The notes beneath the pieces are model-generated. The model was not told the DNA's origin. It made no database searches and saw only the letters and a program-made list of their open reading frames with translations. Both the position numbers and the translations under genes were made by a program. Of a stretch of 64,000 nt of DNA, positions 39,831 to 52,800 are shown piece after piece. This stretch comes from Convolutriloba macropyga (Eukaryota): contig NC_134469.1 of NCBI RefSeq assembly GCF_964194025.1, positions 2,728,001 to 2,792,000 of the forward strand. The letters are read 5' to 3'. The stretch's first letter is position 1; the number at the start of each line of letters is the position of its first letter.

Positions 39831-40394
39831 TCTAATTCGCAAAAACTTGGAACACTTGGTCGGTATGCTGGGCGCGTGACAAAATCAGGGAGAGGTTTGA
39901 CAATATCATGGATTCTTACAATCAGAGACTTTTCGGTTTTTATTTTGATGCTGCCTTTTTTCAAAATATTTTGCTTTTGTTTTTTTAATGTTAATTACTG
40001 ACTATTTTTTATTCACGGCTCCGTTAATGACAGCAGCTCCATTTTACGTATTTTTGAAGCCGAATGTAGACACAGTTTGTTTTCAGAGAACCAAAGGGTT
40101 TTTATGGCTTTGAGGAAGAGTTTTAGTAAAATTTAGCTGAAATATTGTCTTTTGCCTTTAATTGTTATTGTTTTGGCAGTCTTGTTTTTAAGTTTAACCT
40201 CTCAAAGAACTAAACTGCTTCCTCAAGAGATGCAAGTGAACCTTTTCAATTCATTCGATTGTTACCTAATGTCTCTTATGTTATTGAATGTATTTGTTTT
40301 AAGGAAATTTCTGAGTTTCAATTTTTTAAATCATTTTAGTCAACATTTTGCTTATTCTCAGTAAGTACAAGTCAACTTTTCCTCCTTCCTCCTT

Positions 40395-41487
40395 ATTGAT
40401 GAAAACTATTTTTGTGGCCTTTTGTTTTAACAGAAGGTTTTCTTGCTTTTGGTACTACGAGTTTTCATTTAAAATTTTCTGATTTTTGTGCTTAATTGCC
40501 CATTTCTGCTCTTGTTTTTGTTTCTTTTGTAATTTGTCATATTATTTAATGATCTAAAGGACAAATATTTACAACATATGAAATTGAACATAATTTTTGT
40601 TTTCATAACATATAGTTTGAAGGGCTGCGACACCGTTCTCGCCGAAATTGGTAGAACTTTTTTTTGCCCTTTATTTGTTGCTAATTTTTGTTTTCATATG
40701 CCAAATATTGTGTAATTAAGGGTCTCAGTGGCCAACTACAGATAAACAAGTGAACTTAAATAACTGGTTGTTTTGACTTTCGAATTAAATTTCTAAAAAA
40801 AAGAGTAATAGTGTTCAACTTATCCCTTTTTGTTGCGGCTCGTTTTTTTTCGTATTTTACAATGATGTATCATTTTCGTAAATTAGCCTCATTACTTAGA
40901 GCTCTTTTTAATGTTTTGTTGAATCAAACAATTGATGAAAACTATTTTTGTGGCCTTTTGTTTTAACAGAAGGTTTTCTTGCTTTTGGTACTACGAGTTT
41001 TCATTTAAAATTTTCTGATTTTTGTGCTTAATTGCCCATTTCTGCTCTTGTTTTTGTTTCTTTTGTAATTTGTCATATTATTTAATGATCTAAAGGACAA
41101 ATATTTACAACATATGAAATTGAACATAATTTTTGTTTTCATAACATATAGTTTGAAGGGCTGCGACACCGTTCTCGCCGAAATTGGTTGAACTTTTTTT
41201 TGCCCTTTATTTGTTGCTAATTTTTGTTTTCATATGCCAAATATTGTGTAATTAAGGGTCTCAGTGGCCAACTACAGATAAACAAGTGAACTTAAATAAC
41301 TGATATTGGTTATAACTAATGGTTGTTTTGACTTTCGAATTAAATTTCTAAAAAAAAGAGTAATAGTGTTCAACTTATCCCTTTTTGTTGCGGCTCGTTT
41401 TTTTTCGTATTTTACAATGATGTATCATTTTCGTAAATTAGCCTCATTACTTAGAGCTCTTTTTAATGTTTTGTTGAATCAAACAAT
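40395..41487. repeat. Recent 536-bp tandem duplication
   Basis: 40395-40930 repeats at 40931-41487, near-identical apart from a ~20-bp insertion at ~41302. Confidence 0.95.
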
Positions 41488-44096
41488 ATTTTTTCTGTTG
41501 TTTAAACTTTTTAAATGATGTCTTCAGGGCTTAGACAATTTGTTTCAGAAGAATTTTGTGAAGTTTAGATACTCTTCAGTTTTTCTGGTTCTTTTTGTTG
41601 TCATTTTGTGATAGTCGTTTTACAAAAAGATGTTATGATAATCAAAGGAGACGAAAATGAAGATGTTATATTCTCGCGGTTAATATCTTATCAATTTAAT
41701 GGCTTCAAAACTGTGGTTTTGTAAAAAAAAAAAGATAGATGTTTGAGATCTGCCAATTTTTGCTTAAACTGTAGCTAAGGATCTCTATATACAATTCACA
41801 TCATTTATCTTTTAAGATACAAATTGTTCTTCATAACGGTTTTATTTTCATCAAAAATTCTTTCTTCTTGGAACAACCAGTATGCTCTCGCTCAATTGCT
41901 TTTTTTTCCTCAAATGCTTTCTTCTTGAAATAAAAACGATTTTCGTTATTTTTGCAAATTTGCCCCCTTTTTGTAGGTTTTTGTTTTCTTTTCACAGTAT
42001 CACAGTAATTAGCGTCATTTGACTGATAAATGTTGTCATCTGCAAAAAATGCAAACGAAGATTTTCTTTGTTTTTAGTGATCAGCTCAATATTTTATTGA
42101 TTGAGGGGACATCGTTTTCGTGCATAATTTTTCGTGCAAATTTTTCGTTTTTGCCTGTTTTTGTCTTTTTTTGTAGCCGTATGACATATCGTGGATAATG
42201 AATGACCTCAATTGCTCTCTATTGAGGTAGAAAATACTCAAAGATTTCATTTGATGCGTATAGTTTCTAATCAGTTCGAATTTAATTTTTTTAAAAAAAC
42301 AATGTTTTAATAAACTTTTGCCGCTTTTGCTCATTTCTTGTCGACTTTTTGCCAAGTTGCATTGAGGAAAAGTCCCATTTTTTGTTCCAAAAAGTACCGG
42401 TTAATCTTCTTAGTATAAAAATTATCTGATGACATTTTGATTTGGTTAATAGTGGTTTTCAAAAAATGGACAAGGATCTTTGGTCGTAATTAATATTTGT
42501 AACTGTTTGATTTTTATTGCCATCTTTTGTGGTAGTCATATTATTGTAGCCACAGGTCTCATAGGCCCTCTAGAATAGATTGTTTTATTCTTTTAGTAGT
42601 TTGTTGAACGATATGTTGATATGTTAATTTTTTTTATCTCTTCCTCATTTGCTAGACAATTAAGTGGAAAATGTAGATGAGCGGGGTCGGACTTAATGTG
42701 CAAACGGACATTACCGAGCCTCCTTGTTAAAGTTAATTTTTGAACTGCTCGTGATCATATTTTATGGGAAGTTCGCAATTAAGATGGATGCATCAAGGTG
42801 CTTCCCTTGACTGACCCAAAGTGAAGTTGAGATGAAGAAGCCAGTTTCTTCCTTTTGAAAATTTTGCATCTGTTTTGGTACATTCTAAATAGAAAGCTGT
42901 ATTTTGTTTTACTCTCTGCTAATAATGTTCCGACCCAAGTTGAGTTTAAGAGGATGCAGTGGTATTCGTTATGACTGTGACTTTTTAAATGTTTATGCGG
43001 CTCGTAGACTGGAAGTGTTTAACTGCGCTCAAACGAAGTTTGACTTGATTATTTGAGTCCATTGTCCTTTCTTATGCGATTTTTGCGTTTTCGATTTATT
43101 CTGACCTAATTTTTCAGGTAATTGTTTTGGCGGTTGACGTCTTGATTTTTGGGTTGACGCTTGACTTTCATTCAGGTTTTAAGTCGGGAACTTATTTCTG
43201 GCTGTTTATTACAAATTGAAACTACGAAAAATTGTCTTCCGGGTTTCTTTTCAAGGGCTATTAATTGTTATTTCTTGCTTTCGATGCAATTTTTCGTACT
43301 GCCGAATTTTTGTCGGATCGTTTGCGTTGGATCATTTGATTCTTTGTCCTCAAGTACGTGAAAGACAGGTAGAGCACTACGGCTCAATAGTTTCTAAGAA
43401 AGCAATTAATTGAAACTGTTTAAAAGCATATATTTATGTGAATAATTAAGTGTTGTCCAAAGACTTTGACCCCAAATTAAGTGTAGAGCCAATGGGGAAG
43501 TAATTCTTTTTCAATTTTTCTCCCTTTTTGCCTCAAAAATTAACAGAAAAATCTTTTGGATTGTTGACCAGCCTTATAATTTTTTGCTACTGTTTTCGAC
43601 GCTATTGTTTACAATTTGAGTCGTCGATGGATTGAATCGAGGATGGTAGCGTGCGTAACAAGTATTTAAATTGTTTTTTCGAAAGTACTACAATTGTTTA
43701 TTTTGGACAATTATTCTGGAAGACCTTATTGCAAAATGACTGTCTCGTATATGATTCTTACTAGATAACGATCTTCTAAGGACGACGGTTATCTTGTAAA
43801 AATTTGCAAGAGACCTCCAGAGTAACTATCTATTAATTAATTAATTGTGGTTTCTGCGTAATCGCAGAGGAACAGCATTAGGCCTACAGTAGCCTGTTCT
43901 CAGCTACCCTTTTTCTGATTATTCCCCACATTTCAGACTGTTCTTTTCATCAGCAGCATTGCTGTTTTTTTGGTGACTATCGCCACTTTTTTTGCGTCTG
44001 AAACTTTCACGTGGTACCATCATTGCAGCCAACATTGTTCAGGCTATGGTCAACCTGAAGCTATGGTTAAGTAAGAGCTCATCCTTAAACAGACAG

Positions 44097-44170
44097 CTTC
44101 ACGGAGGCAGGGGATTGAACTCTCAATCATTGGCGTGTGAAGCACACACCTTACATCTCGGCTATCTATC
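44097..44170 (-). ncRNA. Degenerate tRNA-like / SINE head (loop TTCACAC, Val-CAC-like)
   Basis: Reverse complement reads gatagaTAGCCGAGATGtaaggtgtgtgcTTCACACgccaatgattgagAGTTCAATCCCtgcc; A/B-box spacing is right but stems are weak. Confidence 0.4.
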
Positions 44171-44816
44171 GTTTTTACTAAAAATGTTGAAAATGAGAAA
44201 TTAAAATGGAGCAGGTAAATCACTATCATGAGTTGAGCTATCAATATCAATCAGGTTCCGGTGTGAGTACATAACTAGATCATTATCTATTATAATACTA
44301 TAAACTAAATTATTTTAGAGCATTGTATAAAATAATTCTATAAAATAATTCACCTTATCATTAATTCTATCCTAAAATAATTCTATTATATAATTGTTAG
44401 GTGCTGATGATACGAATGGAAAGATAACGGGTGTCACAAAACCTGGCTCTAATGAATTTAATTTACAGATGTTCAAAGGGAAGCGATGCTTTTTATGAGG
44501 ATAAAACTCCAATCACTTATATTTTTCCGTACCATCAAATTAACGGAGATCAAGTCGTTTACATCTGTATGTTAGCTTTTGCTTAATTTTGAAGTGCCAT
44601 TTTTTGTATTGGTTAATTTAGCTATCCTACTCGCAAAACTTCCATAATACCGAAGATTACGTCAACATTACCTAATATAGGACAGTTGACGTAATAGGGA
44701 TCGTTTTCGCCAGGTGATGCAATAGGCGGGAGTATTGTTGAATTGCTGACGTAATATTCACTATAATTGGCTTGTAGTACTGCTCTAAAAGGGGGTACAA
44801 AAATTACCAACATCAG

Positions 44817-45082
44817 TTGAAACACTCACGTGCACATTTTAAAATGCCGAAAGTCTGCAGTGCCAGAAGTCAAAATGCCAGAAGTTGCTACTTAGCCAGA
44901 AGTTGAATTTCGTTGACTTTCGTCATTTTAAAACGTGCGCGTTTCGTGTTTTAAGCATAGTTAAATGACTCTGCAGAAGTCACTTCGACATTCTGACTTA
45001 ATATCTCGAACTTCTTTGCGGTTCTCGATAAACGCCAGAAGTTCTCAGTGACTTCAAGCAGAGTCACTTAGGCATTACTTAA
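44817..45082. mobile_element. TTAA-bounded double-hairpin element, copy 1
   Basis: TTGA-[AACACTCACGTGCAC...GTGCGCGTTTCGTGTT]-TTAA-[GCATAGTTAAATGACTCTGC...GCAGAGTCACTTAGGCATTAC]-TTAA; each bracket has its own terminal inverted repeat. Confidence 0.8.
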
Positions 45083-45111
45083 AATAACCCGGATGTACCT
45101 TCAGTTCGGCT

Positions 45112-45490
45112 ATGGTCGACCAGGAGCGGATTTTGACTCCGAACCAGAAAGTACATGACAATCTGTCACCAGAAGAGCGATTTGAGGAGCTGAAGAAAAT
45201 CCATCCTGGAATTCAAACTGTCAAGCTATTCGATTCTGAAGTCTGTGTCAAACTCGAAGAGAAAGTTGAAAAGGTTAAAGCTAAAGCATTGAAAGGTCTG
45301 TACAAGAGATTTACGGTTGATAAAGCGCCTTTGAGGAACAAATACTTTTTCGGGGAGGGATACACTTATGGAGATCAATTAGAACAGAAAGGAGAGCGAA
45401 AAGAGCGGCTGTTTCCCGAAGGAGCGATTGATCCGATACCCTCGTGGGTCAAGAAGTACATAATAAAACCTCTGGAAAAAGAGGGATTAG
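45112..45490 (+). CDS. ALKBH5: RNA m6A demethylase ALKBH5, coding exon 1
   Basis: TVDKAPLRNKYFFGEGYTYG.QL...ERLFP.G.IDPIPSWV is the ALKBH5 signature; preceded by acceptor ccttcag (45104); donor GTTGAA, phase 1. Confidence 0.95.
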
Positions 45491-45556
45491 GTTGAAGCTC
45501 AAAAAACAAGTCCGTTTTCCAAATTTTTGTTGTTTTGAGAACCAAATTTAGTTTTC

Positions 45557-45947
45557 AATTGCTCTCGAACGAAGTTTGAAGCAACTATTTGAAATGTGCG
45601 TCTTTTTTATGCAAAATTTTGCTCGGCCGATTTTGCGCTTTTGTTCCAGAACATTCTTTGACTTAACTGACTTTTTCACACTTGAATTCTGCATTTTTTG
45701 GTTATCTAAATTGCTCTCGTTCTGAAATGGATTTCGTTGATAGTGAGCGAATGTGAGCGAAAGGAAAACAAAGCAGTTAAGGTAGTGAGGTTAAGATTGC
45801 AGTCTGCCATCACGGGAGTTTCGTGTTCAAACACTTGTGGGGTACTTTTTTTGCACAGAAAGCATTTCTACGGTAAACACCCTCTGAATTAAATTGCCCC
45901 ATCTGTCGTTCGAGCGCAGTTCATCCGACGTTAATCGGATTATGTTC
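45557..45947 (+). mobile_element. HINE-like element in ALKBH5 intron 1 with a decayed tRNA-like cassette
   Basis: AATTGCTCTCGAACGA (45557-45572) / TCGTTCGAGCGCAGTT (45906-45921); hairpin CCGA-cgttaa-TCGG (45925-45938); B-box relic GTTCAAACAC. Confidence 0.72.
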
Positions 45948-47439
45948 AAGTTCTGATGATTATATACGTCCTGCTCTCATAATTGCTCTCAAACGTCCTG
46001 CTGGTCTTTTGCAGTTTTTTGTACTACCAACTAATACCAATAGATTAAGGCAGAGTATTTGGTTTCAATTGTAAATAAAGAAATTAACGAACTCTCGAAA
46101 CGCCAAATGTGTTTAGTTGATTATGACAAGCAGACTCTGGGCAATGTCCCCGCTACAAATGATTTGGGTAAAGTGGCAGATCTTTTTTAAACCTCAAGCT
46201 CTGCCTTGATACGTTCCATTGCAGAAAATCACTTTTAACAAATCCATTTTGAAAAGTCATTTTTATTTTGATGAGATCTTTTGAGCGTTTTGAACGTTTA
46301 AAAACCGCAATTTTACAATTTTGTTAAAAACAATCAAACTACATCTGCAATTTTGTAGAGATTTTACGGATCCGTCGTCTTGGTGCAACATCGGGCCCTT
46401 ACGCATAATATCGACTCATCTTAGTTTTTTGAAAATCCGTAGTCAGCTACTATAAGCGGAGACATTTAGCTTAAGTCTTTTTGCGGTAATGAGAAGTCAA
46501 TCGACTGCGATATCTCTCCATAGGCTTCTTTAATGTTTGAAATATGAATCCGATGAGTTTTTAGAAACCTTTCTGATTCTGTAACAGTGTACTGTCACTT
46601 TGTGTAGCACTAACAAAGTGTCCGTAAAGCAGTGACCATAGTTTCAGTTTATTGACATGTTATCTCACAGTCAAAAACATTTGTCACCATTAATCAATTT
46701 TGATGAGTAGAGAATTTTTGTTTGGCTGTTTTGTTAAAATAGATGTCCGTTGTGCTATTACTCCTAGCTGCTACATAATTTTTTTTGTTTTTCCCAGATT
46801 TTCACAACTTTTACTTATCCTTATTGTTCTAATACGTAGATCGGCCAAAAGAGTCCCCTGGTTACAATTTTCGTTCACATAGTTTTCCGGAAACGCGTGT
46901 TTTGAATTTTTTGATAAATTAGTATTTTGTTTTACCAATATTGGAACCAACTCTTTTCACAAAACTGGAGTTCTCCTTTTCAGCTCTTTGTCTTATTTTT
47001 GCATTTGTTTTATATGATTTGATAACGAGTTTGTTTGATCAATCATTTGAAAAATTTTCTAGGTAATCTGATCTACGTCACTCATTACTTACTTCGTTAT
47101 AACCTAGCTTGGGAGACCTTTATGTAATTTTTTATCTAATTGAGCTTTATCAGATTAGATATAAAACTGAGTGCCGAGGTCATTGCATTGACTTCTGCAC
47201 TCAATCATAACTCTATATGGAGAATTTTGAATCTAATCAAAAAACGAAAAGAGACCACGCTTTTTGCAAATTCAACACGAAAGCGTGGAAATGAATAGAG
47301 AAATGGGATCGTTCACATCCTATTTTACCTATAAAAACAAACAACCAAAATGAAGTAAATATTTTTGTTCCAAAAAATTACGTCAAAGTTGATAAATATA
47401 ATGACAATGGATTTCGTTTGAGAACATGTGAATAATTGA

Positions 47440-48020
<581 letters not shown>

Positions 48021-48041
48021 AGATAGCGATAGCTCGTGGTT

Positions 48042-48540
48042 AATTACTTTAAAACAACGTTTTTAGCACTTAAATAAGTACTGTACGCAATTTTTAGCTT
48101 GACCAAGCGGTTGTCTGTCCCTTTTAACTTTTACACCTCAAAATGGGGTAAACAAGTAAAGCCCAGAGAGTCTTAAGTGGCCGAGCAGCTCTCTTAGAGT
48201 CTTACTCCTTACTGGTCTCTAATTATGCGATTCACCGAAACTGTTCTTAAGACAATTTCATGATGTTAAGGGTGGTTATTAATCTTAGTTGGACCCTCCC
48301 CCACCCTCAGTCTCCCCAGTACCTCTCCCTTCGCCCCAATCCCCCACCGCAACACTCGCCGTCCACCCTCCTACACCTGGCGATTTGATCCCCTCCTACT
48401 AGCCCTGCCAACCCTACCCCAAATCGCTTGACCCGCCTTAATTCTAGCAATCTTATGCACAGCACCAGCAGACTACTAGCAAAGCTAACCGCCCGCCGTT
48501 GTTTGGGAGCAATTCGTCTGACGTTAGTCGGTTCTGTTTA
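48042..48540 (+). mobile_element. HINE-like element with a C-rich centre and no tRNA cassette
   Basis: 5' AATTACTTTAAAACAA versus 3' TTGTTTGGGAGCAATT, then hairpin CTGAC-gtta-GTCGG; C-rich tract at ~48295-48440. Confidence 0.55.
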
Positions 48541-48939
48541 TACTTTTAGTTAACTAAAAGCACACCCTGGGCAGAGTTTTCGCATAGAAACCAAGCAGTA
48601 AGCAACTTCTTCTTCAACGACATTGGTTGCGCTGAACTTTTTTTTGCTTAGGTTTATATCAGCTACTACAGTCCAACACGTCTAGGAACTACTAGATATA
48701 TGTGATCGGTTTAAATCCCGCGTCCCATAAGGCTTATTACAATAACGGTTTTTTTCGTGATATCAGCCAACTCATGAAACAATGCTGTTTCTACTGTCAT
48801 GGCGGGGTTGCAAAAACCTTGCAATCAGGGATTATAGAGGGTCGAATAAAATATTTGAGCTCATTAGCTATAGTTAATTGAATTCGACAATCAGTTAAAA
48901 AGAGGGCACGAGGCTCTCATTAACGGACAATTTGTACAG

Positions 48940-49286
48940 GTTATGCAGCCAATGAAGTAACACATTGCATCCGACCTGAAGATGTGACTGAGCGCAGAGT
49001 AGCCATCATTGTTCGGAGAGTTTTCCCAGATGCTCCCAGACTTACTTCCCAACAATACGATGCACTCTGTGAAAGACTCGATCGAAAAGCTTCCCAAGTT
49101 GATGGTCGAGGCGGGTTTAAACCCCCCATCCAACAGCCCGCAAGAGGCTTAAAACGACCTCTTGAGTATTCGAAACCTCCATTTGGTGCTATTGGTCAAC
49201 AGCAGCTAAGTGACGTATCTAGTTCCTCCGATGACGACGTCTCGGAACACAGAAAAGACTGCAACAAAAAGCCAAAAGTTTCGTAA
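48940..49286 (+). CDS. ALKBH5: ALKBH5 terminal coding exon 3
   Basis: GYAANEVTHCIRPEDVTERRVAIIVRR (distal His and 2OG-binding Args); acceptor gtacag in phase 1; TAA stop. Total CDS 954 nt = 317 aa. Confidence 0.95.
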
Positions 49287-49896
49287 ATTTGAAGTTGTAT
49301 ATCACGATGAATGTGCAATTCCCTGAATGTGACAAATATGATTTATGGAGCCTTATACCAGGCGATTTAACGTTGAATTATAATTATTCTTTGAATTGTA
49401 ATATAATTATCCCTGTGAAATATTGACATATCTTTCAAAATTACTCAATCTTTTTTTTTACAAGAAATGAGATCATTGCATATAGGAGTATATATTACCG
49501 CTAAAGGCACCGTGGTTATTAGCCGTGCATGTATACAAAGTATTAATTACAAGCGTTTTGAGGTTAGCCATTCATATCTAATATCTATATCACATCAGTT
49601 CTTCAGAGTCAAGATTCGGAAATTATTTTGTCAATGGACTTTTATCCTTGCAAATTTGCAAAGAGCTTTTACACAAATTTGAGTTTCTGCAATGGTTTTA
49701 AATACACGCTTGTGAAATTAAATAAGTAAGCGTATAATATTGAGATTTTTTTGTGTGGCCCCCTAGATTTCCATATTTCCGAGATTTTTGTAGGATCCAA
49801 ACAGATCATCGTCCCAGTTCACCAAGGATAGCATTTAATTCAAGGATACAACTTTTGCAAGTCAGTGCGTTGAAAAAAAACTTTCAACCCAGTCAA

Positions 49897-52800
49897 ATGG
49901 ATGGTCGAACCAAGCTTTTTGAATTTCAGTTTGGTTTATTTCTGTTTGTGTTTTCATGTTGTGCGGATGGTGTGTTTCCGAGGGGGGGGGGGGATGAATT
50001 TGATCAAATGGTCACGCTGTGGAAAAAATTATGAAGTGTGCGTTTTGTGTCTTCCAAATATTTGGAGGGGGTGTCTAATCGAATTTAAATGTTAAGAACG
50101 CACAAATATAGAATACGCAAAAATTTTAAGGTTTCTAGAAAAATTGTTGTTCGTGTTTTTCTTTGCTTTGCACCTGTGTTCAGGTTCAGGCTTTTGTAGG
50201 ACTAGCAGTTCGTAGCATTTTGATTTTCCAACTAATATTTTGTGCTATTGGAGATAACCGAGGAGCCTTATATTATTCCGAAGTTGCCTGGATTTTTTCT
50301 GTTCTGGATTATGAGCCTACCCGGATCGCTTTGCCTCAATTTCAATAATTAATAATACAAAGATTTGTTTTTTGAATTTTTATTTTTTCTAATTTTTAAT
50401 TGTTTTTTTTTTGTGTAGTATCTGGATGGTCGAAGCAAGTTTTTGAATTTCAATTTAGTTTATTTCTGTTTGTGTTTTCATGTTTTGCGGATGGTGTTTC
50501 CGAGGGGGGATGAATTTGATCAAATGGTCACGCTGTGGAAAAAAATATGAAATGTGCGTTTTGTGGCTTCCAAATATTTGGAGTGGGTGTCTCCCCCCCC
50601 AGAAACTTTTTTTAATGGTGCCTATCTTCTTTCTAAAGCGCATAAAAAGTATTGCGAACTTTGTTAAAAAAAGATAGACTGGCATAAGTTTTCGAAATTT
50701 TGGATAAATAAGTGCACCTTTGAGAGCAAAAAGAACAACTTAATATTATAACAATGATTTTTCCTCACCTAAAAAAAGTTCAAATTGACTTCTGTTCATG
50801 AAAGAAGTGACGCTTTCTCATCACGCTGACCTTAGGTAGGTGCTCGGTTGTTGTTGTTGTTGCTCTTTCATATTCAAGCCGAGAAGCTGTAAGCTTAGCG
50901 TAGCTATATTGCGGGGCTCTTTTTAAAAATTGACACAATTTTAATTGTATTGGTGCGCTACCTTTTTCGGAGGTTTTCTTCGTCTTCAACTTTTGTCTGT
51001 GTTAGTATCTGCCGTTTTATAACTCGTGAAAACCATTTTTTAGTTTTTAGAGTTTTGGAATGTCTTGAACGTGATATGGAATATCTCGAGCTAATCGAAT
51101 TTAAATGTTAAGAACGCATAAATATAAAATACGCAAAAGTTCTAAGGTTTCTAAAAAAATGTGTTTCGTGTTTTTCTTTGCTTTGCACCTGTGTTCAGGT
51201 TCAGGCTTTTGGAGGACTAGCAGTTCGTGGCATTTTGAGTTTCCAACTAACGTTTCGTGATCTTGGAGATAACCAAGGAACCTTATATTATTCCTAAAAT
51301 GCCTGGATTTTTTCTGTTCTGGATTCTGAGCATACCCTGATTGCTTTGCCTCAATTTCAATAATTAATAATACAAAGATTTCTGTTTTTTTATTTTTGTT
51401 TTCTAATTCTGAATTGTTTTTTTGTTTGTGTAGTATCTGGATGGTTGAAGCAAGCTTTTGATTTTCAATTTATTTTATTTCTGTTGGTGTTTTCATGTTG
51501 TGTGGATGGTGTGTTTCCAAGGGGGGATGAATTTGATGAAATGGTCACGCTGTGGAAAAAAAATTATGAAATGTGCGTTTTGTGGCTTCCAAATATTTGG
51601 AGGGGGTGTCTACCCCCCCCCCACCCCCAGAAACTTTTTTATGGTGCCTATCCTCTTTCTAAAGAGCTTAAAAATTGACAGAATTTGAATTGTTTTGGTG
51701 CGCTACCTTTTTTCGGAGGTTTTCTTCGTCTCCAACTGATGTCTGTGTTAGTATCTGCCGTTTTATAACTCGTGAAAACCAGTTTTTAGTTTTTAGAGTT
51801 TTGGAATGTCTTGAACGTGATATGGAATATCTCGAGCTAATCGAATTTAAATGTTAAGAACGCATGAATATAAAATACGCAAAAATTCTAAGGTTTCTAA
51901 AAAAATTGTTTCGTGTTTTTCTTTGCTTTGCACCTGTGTTCAGGTTCAGGCTTTTGGAGGACTAGCAGTTCGTAGCATTTTGAGTTTCCAACCAACGTGT
52001 CGTGCTCTCGGAGATAACCAAGGAAACTTATATTATTCCGAAATTGTCTGGATTTTTTCTGTTCTGGATTATGAGCCTACCCGGATCGCTTTGCCTCAAT
52101 TTCAATAATTAATAATACAAAGATTTTTTTTTGAATTTTTAATTTTTCTAATTTTGAATTGTTTTTTTTGTGTATAGTATCTGTATGGTCGAAGCAAGCT
52201 TTTGAATTTCAATTTAGTTTATTTCTGTTTGTGTTTTCATGTTTTGCGGATGGTGTTTCCGAGGGGGGATGAATTTGATCAAAAGGTCACGCTGTGGAAA
52301 AAAATATGAAATTTGCGTTTTGTGGCTTCCAAATATTTGGAGGGGGTGTCTCCCCCCCAGAAACTTTTTTTATATTGCCTATCTTTTTTCTAAAGCGCAT
52401 AAAAAGTATTGCGAAATTTGTTGAAAAAAGATAGACTGGCATAAGTTTTCGAAATATTGGATAAATAAGAGCACCTTTGAGAGCAAAAAGAACAACTTAA
52501 TATTATAACAATGATTTTTTTTCCTCACCTGAACAAAGTTCAAATTGACTTCTGTTCATGAAAGAAGTGACGCTTTCTCATCACGCTGACCTTAGGTGGG
52601 TGCTCGGTTGTTGTTGTTGTTGCTCTTTCATATTCAAGCCGAGAAGCTGTAAGTTTAGCGTAGATATTTTGCGGGGCTCTGTTTAAAAATTGACAGAATT
52701 TTAATTGTATTGGTGCGCTACCTTTTTCGGAGGTTTTCTTCGTCTTCAACTGATGTCTGTGTTAGTATCTGCCGTTTTATAACTCGTGAAAACCAGTTTT

